Assembly (NCBI GenBank): GCA_038060875.1
Contig: JBBTDS010000210.1
Coordinates: forward strand, 37,167-101,166
Length of the DNA stretch: 64,000 nucleotides
Source: Acidobacteriota bacterium
Lineage (GTDB): Bacteria; Acidobacteriota; Terriglobia; Bryobacterales; Bryobacteraceae
Reading direction: 5' to 3'
Made by a program: the position numbers and the translations under genes. The notes beneath the pieces are model-generated. The model had not been told where the DNA came from. It did no database searches and saw nothing but the letters and a program-made list of their open reading frames with translations. Positions 39,130 to 46,772 of the stretch are shown piece after piece (positions within the stretch are counted from its first letter, which is position 1; each line of letters opens with the position of its first letter).

Positions 39130-40075
39130 CTACTTCTCCAACGCCACCACTTCGTACTCCTCCATGCGCGGCACCACGAACTGTAGCCGCTCCCCGTCGA
39201 TCGTCTTCGATGCCAACGTTTGCGGTCGCATCAGGGTGTGTGTCTTCTTGACGGTCCCTTTCGTTCGAACCGTGATTCGCACATTATCGAGCGGCACTAT
39301 CCGCCGGATCGGCCGCGTCATCTCGCCGGTGAAGTTGATCAGATGCAGCAGCAGCCGCTGCCCCTGCTGCTGCGAGCGCAGCACTACTTCCATGGATCGG
39401 GGCGCATTCTCCACCACCACCGGCGACGGCGCGATGTCCCGCAGCACGTTCTCGATCAGGCGAGACCACTCGATGAAATGATAGGAGTTGAGGGCGTTGC
39501 CAAGATCCCCGCTAAAGTAGATGGCTTTGCCTTTGCCGTAGCGATGGACCACCAGGGCCGGATCGTCGGACGGAACCGGGATCCCGGCATAGCTGTCGGC
39601 CAGGGGCTTCATGTACTGCACCAACACCTCGCCGCCCTTGGGCCTTACGCTAACGTGATAGAGGGTGGCGGGAACCAGATCCCGTGGCCATCCTTCGAGC
39701 AGCGGGCTCTGCGCGCGCGGCTGCATGTAGTCCCAGCGGTTCGGGCCGGCGATCTTCCGCGCGTCGCTCACACCGAACACCTCCGCCAGGGCAAAATCCG
39801 CCCGCCGGATGCCCGTCTCGTCGTAGAGCGAGGTCTCGAAGGTGGCAAACAGGTTGCCTCCCTGGCCGACGTAATCCTTCAAGCGCCCGGCGGTCTTCTC
39901 GCTCATGCAAGCCACGTTGGGCAGAAAAATGGCCGCATAGCGATCCAGCTCTTCCTGCTCCATGGAGACATCGTCGATGACATCGAACGGCGTCTGCGAG
40001 CGCAGCAGCGTGTCCGCCAGCCCGGAGAACTCCCCGTCGAGGTTGCCGACCTGGCTGCGCGCCGGCACCCGGTCG
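39130..40075 (-). pseudogene. truncated GHL6/GH42-like paralogue (C-terminal ~310 codons only)
   Basis: Colinear with the C-terminal halves of 46769-48997 and 53624-55885, from ...VGNLDGEFSGLADTLL to ...EYEVVALEK*. It lacks the Tat signal and the TIM-barrel half. The reading frame is still open. The ORF-track N-terminal extension overlaps the amidohydrolase gene. Confidence 0.6.
39307..40052. repeat. repeat copy A (identical to 46946-47691)
   Basis: Base-by-base reading of the boundaries gives an offset of 7639. Translations in several frames on both strands are identical across the tract (for example ORFs 39684-39980 = 47323-47619). The flanks diverge. Confidence 0.85.
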
Positions 40076-40138
40076 GTCAAGGCGAACGACAGGGGAAGAC
40101 ACAGAAGCGTTGCGCGGAGCGTCGTTTCAGTGCGCCTC

Positions 40139-40927
40139 CTATTTCGCCGCGGATGGCAGCCCCAGCAGCCGCGCGACGTTTCGCCAGCGAATCTGCTCCT
40201 TGACATCCTCGCCGGCTTCCAGCACCTCGAGTTTCACCAGCGCCGGATCCGGGTAATTGAACGGCATTCCCGTCCCGAAGACGATCCGCCCGGAACCCAG
40301 GTTCGCGACGAGTTGTCCGATCTCATTGGCCATCACCGCGCTCAGCCGCGAAATCTCGATCGCGTAATTGGAAGGCAGGCCGCTGTTCTCCCGGCCCAGC
40401 GGTGAGTTGACGAAGCCGGTCCCGTTGACGAGGATGTATTGCGCCCGCGGGCGGGCTCTTACCAGGTCCGCGATCTCCTCCAGCGGCACGTCGGGCACGT
40501 CCAGCAGCCAGCTCCGCTGCCGCCGGTCTTCGACCCGCACGGGAATAGAGATGACCATGCCGCGCTCAGCCGCCTCGCTCACCAGATCGAGGCACGCGGG
40601 GTCCGCCAGCCGGTAGTTGTGCCACCTGGGATACATCCGCAGCCCCTTCATGCCAAACTCTTCGTGGCAGATCTTCAAGTCGTCCCGCCAGCCGGCGTAG
40701 AACGGATTGATGACGGCCAACGGGATAAGCCGGTCGCGCCGGCCTTTCACTTCCTCAGCCACTTCTTCGTTGCCGGATTGTGAGTTGCGATAGGTGATGG
40801 CGGAGGCGCTCGAAACTACCGCGCGCTCGATGCGCCGGCTGTCCATGAGCCGCAGCAGTCCGGCCGCGGTGTTGTGACGCAGTTGCCGGAAAGCGAAGTG
40901 GCCCAGGTAGGCGTTCACGTCGATCAT
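40139..40927 (-). CDS. amidohydrolase-2 family protein, signal-less partner lacking HxH (pair 2)
   Basis: 262-aa ORF. ATG 40927 overlaps the upstream stop by 4 nt. It has the same MIDVNAYLGHFAFRQLRHNTAAGLLRLMDSRRIERAVVSSASAITYRN N-terminus as 6257-7039. Confidence 0.75.
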   Translation of the reverse strand: MIDVNAYLGHFAFRQLRHNTAAGLLRLMDSRRIERAVVSSASAITYRNSQSGNEEVAEEVKGRRDRLIPLAVINPFYAGWRDDLKICHEEFGMKGLRMYPRWHNYRLADPACLDLVSEAAERGMVISIPVRVEDRRQRSWLLDVPDVPLEEIADLVRARPRAQYILVNGTGFVNSPLGRENSGLPSNYAIEISRLSAVMANEIGQLVANLGSGRIVFGTGMPFNYPDPALVKLEVLEAGEDVKEQIRWRNVARLLGLPSAAK

Positions 40928-41805
40928 TTCGTCCCCCGTCTGCCGAGAATGCGCCGCATGTTGCCGCCCAGGATTCCTTGTCTGTCCGCCGCGCTAAGGC
41001 TGGCGGCGCGCAGCTTGCCGACTCCCCCGGTCATCGAATTGTCGCAGCCGAACACCAGTCGATCGGCGCCGAGCACGCGGGCCGCCATTTCAATGATGCC
41101 CTCATCGATCACGCTGCCGCTGGTGTCCAGGTAAACGGTGGGCGCGTTTCGCAGGGCTTTGATGGTCCACTCCCAATCCCCGCCGCCGCCGATGTGCCCG
41201 CAGATGAGCACGGCTTCGGGGTAGCGGCGAGCGAGTTCCGCCAGGTGTCCCCCGTCGCTGATGCGGGGCTGCTCTTCCCCGAGGGAAAGGGAGTGCCCGG
41301 CGTGGTGCAGGATGGGCACGCGCAACTCGATCGTCAACTCCACGATCGGCCAGACCACCGGCTCGGTGGCGCGATACTCGTTGTAAAGCTTGACTCCGAT
41401 GAAGCCGCGTTCCTCGACCGAACGGCGAACCTCGTCCAGCGCCTCGCGCCCGTATCCCGGATTGACGTAGCAGTAGCCGAGCACCCGGCCGGGGAAGCGC
41501 TGCATCCCCTCCGCCATCCACTGGTTACACTCGCGGAAGCCCTCGGCCGTAGCCGGTTGGCGTGGAGTGAGGATGGAGCAGCAGAGCTGGTCGATGCCCA
41601 GTTTGTCGGCTGCCTCGATGAGCTTGCGATCGTCTTCCTGCCACGAACGCCGGCTATGGTGCTGCAAGTGCGCGTGGCAGTCGATCACCTTCGTGCGCTG
41701 TTGCGCGGCTGGCGCGCGGGCCAAACCAGAGCAGGTTGTGGCCGCGAGGCCCACGGTCTCCAGGAAGGCGCGGCGAGGCATCAACTTCGGCGTGTGCCAT
41801 CTCAT
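40924..41805 (-). CDS. amidohydrolase-2 family metal-dependent hydrolase with twin-arginine signal (pair 2)
   Basis: Tat-like PRRAFLETVGLAATT followed by VIDCHAHLQH. The start is taken as ATG 41805 (the ORF-track start at 41856 is a GTG abutting the T8 stop), so it is uncertain by about 50 nt. Confidence 0.75.
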   Translation of the reverse strand: MRWHTPKLMPRRAFLETVGLAATTCSGLARAPAAQQRTKVIDCHAHLQHHSRRSWQEDDRKLIEAADKLGIDQLCCSILTPRQPATAEGFRECNQWMAEGMQRFPGRVLGYCYVNPGYGREALDEVRRSVEERGFIGVKLYNEYRATEPVVWPIVELTIELRVPILHHAGHSLSLGEEQPRISDGGHLAELARRYPEAVLICGHIGGGGDWEWTIKALRNAPTVYLDTSGSVIDEGIIEMAARVLGADRLVFGCDNSMTGGVGKLRAASLSAADRQGILGGNMRRILGRRGTK

Positions 41806-41856
41806 GGCGGGCTCATACCTTAAGGAGAATTTGCCGCATGGCGCTGCCCCCACCAC

Positions 41857-44800
41857 TCAGAAGGACAACTTCAGCGACATAATCCAGGAGCGCGGGGCGT
41901 CCTGGCCGGTGACCATGCCGAAGGTGCTGCTGGTCGGGCTGGTGACCGGAGCGAACAGGTTCGGGTGGTTCCAGGCGTTGACGGTTTCCGCGCGGAACTG
42001 CATGATGACCTTCTCTACGACCTTGAATTTCTTGAAGACGGAAAAATCCCACCGCGCCTGCCCGTCCGCCCGCAGGTTGCTGAAGCGCCAGGGCGAAACG
42101 CGGATGTTGGACGCCAACTGCTGCGCGCTGTTGCGGTTGAAGCCGGCGTCGATATTGAACCAGCGGTCCACGCTGCGCTTGTCCTTTGAAAGCCGAACGT
42201 TATCCGAGTTTCCCGAAAACAGCGTCCACACGTCGCCCCAGTCGATGGGGGGGCCGCTCTGGCGCTGCACCATGCCGTTGAGCTGCCAGCCGCCGGCAAT
42301 GAAGTTCAGCGCCCCCGGCAGTCCCGCGCCGAAGCGCCGGCCACGCCCGAAGGGCAGTTCCCAGATGCCGCTCATGACCAGGCGATGCGTGCGATCGTAC
42401 GAGGAAAGCGACTTGTAGGGCACCGGGTCGCTGGCGTTGAGGAAGCCCGTGGCCTCCATGCTCTTCGACCAGGTGTAGGACAACTGGAGTGTGTAGCCCT
42501 TCGAGAAGCGCTTCTCGGTGCGAACTTGCAGCGAGTGATACCAGGAGTAACCGATCGGCTCGGCCACCGACACGCTGCCAAACTGCGGATAGGGCGCCAG
42601 CAGGCCGGAGCGCGAGGCGTTGGCGCCGTAAATCGGATTGGTGCCCGCCAGGGGGTTCGGAAACTGCTGGCTCAAAAAGGTGATGGTGCGCTCGTCGCGC
42701 TGCGGCAAGCGGCTCAGGTACTGCGCCGGCAGGGCGTTCAGGTTGCGGCTTACCTCGAGGCGCGTGCCGCGGTTGCCCACGTAGGACACCTCGGCCAGGA
42801 ACTGCCCTGGCAACAACCGCTGGAAGCCGAACGACCAACGCTGGTTATAGGGGTTGAGGCGCTTCGCGCGGAAGAAAGAAATCGACTGTCCGAGATTGGT
42901 GGACAGGCCGCCCCTGGCGCCCAGCGGTTGCAGCAGCCCGTTGGGGAACGGGTTCGCCGTGGTGGCGATATAGGTCAGGCCGCTGTCCAGCGACGCCTGA
43001 ATCGGCGTGCTCTGGCTGAACCCGGTCTGGATCACATTAGTGGAGTTGAGGCCGATGGTATCGAAGAAAAGGCCGTAGCCGCCGCGCAGCACGGTTTTCG
43101 GCCGGATCTGCCAGGCGAAGCCGAAGCGCGGCAGGATGTTGTTTTTCTCGCCTTTCCACAACCCGCGCGGGGCGCCGTCCACGCCGCCAAAGGTCAGGCC
43201 GCCACGCAGGCGGAACTGGTCCAGCGGCAACTCCGGAATGGGACTGCGTGCGTAGTTCGCCCGCGCCTGGGCCTCGATGGGACTCGGCTGATCGTAGGCA
43301 AAATGGGCCACCGACCGGTTGAAGCGCTCCGTGAGAGGGGTTTCCAACTCGTAGCGCACGCCGAGGTTCAACGTCAGCTTGGGAGTTACTTTGATATCGT
43401 CCTGTACGTAGAAGCCATAGTACAATTCCTGTTGGGCGTAACTGGCCGACCGGTCCATGCTACCGCCGGGAATGCCCAGCAGAAAAGCGGCGATTTCGCC
43501 GCCGACCGGCGGCGCCGACGAGGTATTCAGCGGGCCGCGCGTGTAAGTGCTGGAGTAAGTCAGTTGGGGCGTAACATCCGAGGTATAGTTGTTGTTGAAC
43601 TCCCGGTCGGGCCGGAGGTCGGCCCCGAACCGGATACTGTGCTGGCCACGCAGCTTGGTGAAATTTGCATTAAAGGAATTGATCACCGTAGACCAGACCG
43701 AATTCGACCCTTGGTAGTTCAGCGTAGTGAACGGGCTCACACTCACTCGCGGGAAAACGGCATTCTGCTTGTCCGGCAGCAGAGCCAGGAAGCTAGGCGA
43801 GAAACCCAGGGTGGATAAGTCGAAGCCGCGGCTGAATTGGTATTGGTTGCCCCAGCGGTAGTTGAACCCGTACCGCAGGTTCATGAAGAAGCCGGGGTTG
43901 AAAAGGTATACGTCGTCGATGGCCACCCCCCGCTTGTTCTGGTGGTACATCGAGCCATTGTAGTCATCGAGGAACACCCTGTTGGAAAGGCTCCAGAAGT
44001 TTTCCGCCATGACGCGCACGTATACGCGGTGATTGGGGTTGAAGGCGTGATCGAGACGGCCCAGGTGGGTCCAGACAGGGTAGGGACCCGCGTGGGTGCC
44101 GAACCAGTTATTGCGGAACTCGCGGGTGCCCGGCTGATTCGGCAAGGGCCAGTACGTCATGATCTTCTGCGCCACCGGGTCGAGGCGGCTGGCGGGAATG
44201 ATGTTATTCGGGAACGGCTGGCGGCTGAAACGTCCGCCGGCTTCGGCCTGGGTCGTGAACGGGTCGTAAGTCTGATAATTGGACCCCAGCGTCAGCAGCG
44301 CCGACAGGTCGCCGCGCCGCATGGCGGGGGTGGGCACCGTGTTCACCCAGTCGTCGGGAGATTGCACTTTGTTCTTCTCCCAGAGATAGAACCAGAAGGT
44401 CTTGTTCTTGCCGTTGTAAAGCCGAGGAAGCTTCACCGGCCCACCCAGGCTGAGGCCGTAGCGGTGGTCCTGGTAGGAGGGGATCTTCTGGCCGGCGCGT
44501 TTCTGAAACAGGGTCGGGGTGTCGAAGAATCGGTTGCGCACAAACCAGTGCGCCTCGCCGTGCAACTCGTTGGTGCCGCTCTTCAGGCTGAGGTTCACCA
44601 GCGCCCCGGCGGTATGCCCGATGCTGGCGTCGTAGGAAACGCTCTGCACCTTGAATTCGCTCACCGACATTTGCGGTGGAACGAACATGATGCCTCTGTC
44701 CATGGTGTTGGGGACGCCGTCGATAGCGAACTCGCTAGTCCTCCGGCCGGCGCCGTCTACCAAGAAGTCCGCCTGGGCGGCAGGGGTGCCCACGTATCGC

Positions 44801-45309
44801 ACCCGCAGGTTGGTCGCGTTCATGGTGCCCGGCGCCATCAGCGCCAGGTTGTACGGCGCGCCGCCAAACGACGGCAACTCCGCGATCCGGCGTTCATCCA
44901 CCACCTGGCCGAGGGAGGCATCCACGGTCTCCAGCAGCGGCGTCTCCGCCGTCACCTGGACGGTTTCCGACTGGCTTCCAACCTGCAACACGACCTCGAC
45001 CTCAACCCTCTCGCCGACACGCACCTCGATGCCTTGCCGGGTGAACCTCTTGAAGCCCGCGCTCTCCACCTCCAGCGCGTAGGTGCCCGGGAGCAGGTAA
45101 GCCAGCACGTAGTTCCCCGCCTCGTTGGTCTTGGAGACCAACCGCACGCCCGTCGCGACATTGGTGACGCGCACTTCGGCGCCGGTGATCACGGCATCGC
45201 TGGGATCGGCAACGCGGCCCAGGATGGTGCCGCGCGCGTCCTGCGCGCGCAGCGAGAAAGGCGACAGCAGAGCAACTGCCGCAAACAAGAGTGTCCACCG
45301 ACGAAACAT
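41857..45309 (-). CDS. TonB-dependent receptor T8 (group A)
   Basis: 1150-aa ORF with ATG 45309 preceded by GGGAGG. Signal peptide followed by AQDARGTILGRVADPSDAVITGAEVRVTN. The C-terminus is ...MSLKLSF. Confidence 0.9.
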   Translation of the reverse strand: MFRRWTLLFAAVALLSPFSLRAQDARGTILGRVADPSDAVITGAEVRVTNVATGVRLVSKTNEAGNYVLAYLLPGTYALEVESAGFKRFTRQGIEVRVGERVEVEVVLQVGSQSETVQVTAETPLLETVDASLGQVVDERRIAELPSFGGAPYNLALMAPGTMNATNLRVRYVGTPAAQADFLVDGAGRRTSEFAIDGVPNTMDRGIMFVPPQMSVSEFKVQSVSYDASIGHTAGALVNLSLKSGTNELHGEAHWFVRNRFFDTPTLFQKRAGQKIPSYQDHRYGLSLGGPVKLPRLYNGKNKTFWFYLWEKNKVQSPDDWVNTVPTPAMRRGDLSALLTLGSNYQTYDPFTTQAEAGGRFSRQPFPNNIIPASRLDPVAQKIMTYWPLPNQPGTREFRNNWFGTHAGPYPVWTHLGRLDHAFNPNHRVYVRVMAENFWSLSNRVFLDDYNGSMYHQNKRGVAIDDVYLFNPGFFMNLRYGFNYRWGNQYQFSRGFDLSTLGFSPSFLALLPDKQNAVFPRVSVSPFTTLNYQGSNSVWSTVINSFNANFTKLRGQHSIRFGADLRPDREFNNNYTSDVTPQLTYSSTYTRGPLNTSSAPPVGGEIAAFLLGIPGGSMDRSASYAQQELYYGFYVQDDIKVTPKLTLNLGVRYELETPLTERFNRSVAHFAYDQPSPIEAQARANYARSPIPELPLDQFRLRGGLTFGGVDGAPRGLWKGEKNNILPRFGFAWQIRPKTVLRGGYGLFFDTIGLNSTNVIQTGFSQSTPIQASLDSGLTYIATTANPFPNGLLQPLGARGGLSTNLGQSISFFRAKRLNPYNQRWSFGFQRLLPGQFLAEVSYVGNRGTRLEVSRNLNALPAQYLSRLPQRDERTITFLSQQFPNPLAGTNPIYGANASRSGLLAPYPQFGSVSVAEPIGYSWYHSLQVRTEKRFSKGYTLQLSYTWSKSMEATGFLNASDPVPYKSLSSYDRTHRLVMSGIWELPFGRGRRFGAGLPGALNFIAGGWQLNGMVQRQSGPPIDWGDVWTLFSGNSDNVRLSKDKRSVDRWFNIDAGFNRNSAQQLASNIRVSPWRFSNLRADGQARWDFSVFKKFKVVEKVIMQFRAETVNAWNHPNLFAPVTSPTSSTFGMVTGQDAPRSWIMSLKLSF

Positions 45310-45352
45310 ACCCGACCTCCCGATGACCGATTAGAGGGTCATTAAATGGTTA

Positions 45353-45760
45353 TTACCCCCGGACTCGTGCGACCAGCTCATGCACCTTCCGGATAATCGT
45401 TTCCTCGACCGCCGGCGCAAAGGGCCCCCGGCAGCCGGGCGCCAACCATGGCGCCTCCTCCTTCGTAGCTTCCTTCCTGCAGCACACGCAGCGAAGGGAT
45501 GCAGGCGGACACGTCGTTGTTGGAAGCCGATACCCAAAGCTTTTCCGTCCCCAGTTCCCGTTTCAGCCGCGGCGAGTAATCCGCCACCGCCTCGCCAGCC
45601 GTGCCAATAAACGTCAGGTCCGGACCGAACTGCCAATCCTGGAGCGGATAGGAATACTCGCCGGCGGGCGGCCGTCCCGGTCCAGCATCTTGATCGGCTC
45701 TTGTGCGCGCTGGCGCAGGTCCGTGTCGTTCACGCTGAAAAACTGCAACATATTGCGCCG
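45353..45760 (-). pseudogene. 3' fossil of a ceramidase-like gene (~130 codons, frameshifted)
   Basis: The minus strand gives ...DTDLRQRAQEPIKMLDRDGR / PPAGEYSYPLQDWQFGPDLTFIGTAGEAVADYSPRLKRELGTEKLWVSASNNDVSACIPSLRVLQEGSYEGGGAMVGARLPG / PFAPAVEETIIRKVHELVARVRG*. Reading this requires at least two frame changes. It is colinear with the cerA/cerB C-termini. Confidence 0.7.
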
Positions 45761-45766
45761 GTCGAT

Positions 45767-46477
45767 TCAAGAAATGCCTCCCATTCGTGATGTCCCGGAG
45801 CAGGCCGCTTGAACCGCCTCCAGGATGCGCCGCTCCGAGTTCGCGATTTGCTCGGCCATCAATCGGCGTGCCCCAGCCGGGTCGTGCGCCCGAACTGCCG
45901 CCACGATTTGCAGGTGCTCCGCCGTAGCCGTATCCGGATCCAATCCGACGTCCAGCCCAAAGTAGATCGGGCGCTGGAGCTGATCCAGCACTGACATGAC
46001 AATCGTCTCCAGCCGCAGGTTGTGGGTGCACCTTACAAGCGCCAGGTGAAAGGTGCTGTTCGCGCGCAGGTAGTCTTGGTACGTTTCCCGCTGGCCAGGC
46101 GTGTAACGCAGTTCAGCCAGCCGGGCCAGCTCTTCGATTTCTTGTTCACCAGCCCGCTCGGCAGCCAGCGTCGCCGATCCGCACTCGACAATGCCCCGCA
46201 CTTCACACAGGGATCGCGCCTCCGCGAGCGTGAATTCGGTGACGGTGTAGCCCCGGAAGGGAGCCGCATTGACGAGACGCTCATGCGCGAGCCGGTTGAG
46301 CGCTTCACGAAGCGGCGTGCGCGACACACCCAACTCAGCGCAAAGATCTTTTTCTATGAGCCGCTGGCCAGGTGGAATCGCACAAGTCAGAATCCGATGT
46401 TTCAAGACCTCGTAGACGCGGTCTGGCAGCGTTGCAATCGGCAACATCTCAGGGTCGAGTTCAACGAGAGATTGCAT
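45767..46477 (-). CDS. GntR-family transcriptional regulator (FadR/FCD type)
   Basis: wHTH motif RVYEVLKHRILTCAIPPGQRLIEKDLCAELGVSRTPLREALNRLAHERLV, followed by an all-helical FCD-like C-domain. The start is set at ATG 46477 because the promoter at 46485-46513 overlaps the longer ORF-track start. Confidence 0.85.
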   Translation of the reverse strand: MQSLVELDPEMLPIATLPDRVYEVLKHRILTCAIPPGQRLIEKDLCAELGVSRTPLREALNRLAHERLVNAAPFRGYTVTEFTLAEARSLCEVRGIVECGSATLAAERAGEQEIEELARLAELRYTPGQRETYQDYLRANSTFHLALVRCTHNLRLETIVMSVLDQLQRPIYFGLDVGLDPDTATAEHLQIVAAVRAHDPAGARRLMAEQIANSERRILEAVQAACSGTSRMGGIS

Positions 46478-46484
46478 TTTGTAT

Positions 46485-46513
46485 ATGATATCCCAAATAC
46501 ACATCCGCGTCAA
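46485..46513 (-). promoter_or_regulatory. sigma70-type promoter giving a leaderless or near-leaderless gntR mRNA
   Basis: Minus strand reads TTGACG (46513-46508), a 17-nt spacer, TATCAT (46490-46485), 7 nt, then ATG 46477. An A/T-rich stretch (AAATTTT) lies just upstream of the -35. Confidence 0.5.
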
Positions 46514-46574
46514 GTGAAAATTTCGACAGGTTCAACTGGTGGCTGAGCAACGGGGCACTCCGCGAGAAGTACTA

Positions 46575-46772
46575 TCGGCTTTTGTGCGCCCAGCAGGACG
46601 AGCCGCGTGCGCTCAACGGGTCCACAATTTTCTCCGCGGGCGGCACCAAGCCGTCGCAAAGCGCGGAACCGAGCGGCGGGGTGGCGTCCACACGAAAAGC
46701 GGCTATCGTCAATGGCTCTTCGGCGGCCAATGTCATGGTCCCCAACATGAGGAGAATCGTCAGCCAGTTCAT
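46575..46772 (-). pseudogene. possible 5' fossil of an exported hydrolase (66 codons)
   Basis: ATG 46772 overlaps the GHL6-B stop (ATGA). It encodes the signal peptide MNWLTILLMLGTMTLAA followed by LTIAAFRVDATPPLGSALCDG..VDPLSARG. This resembles the N-terminal pattern of the ceramidase-like genes (GVARVDITP...HAKA) and then terminates. Confidence 0.3.

Noticed and set aside
39307-40052. The three identical 0.75-0.9 kb tracts as copies of an insertion sequence or MITE.
   Set aside because: There is no transposase, no terminal inverted repeats and no target duplications. The tracts lie in frame inside paralogous GHL6 coding sequence, and the flanks are diverged homologues rather than unrelated DNA.
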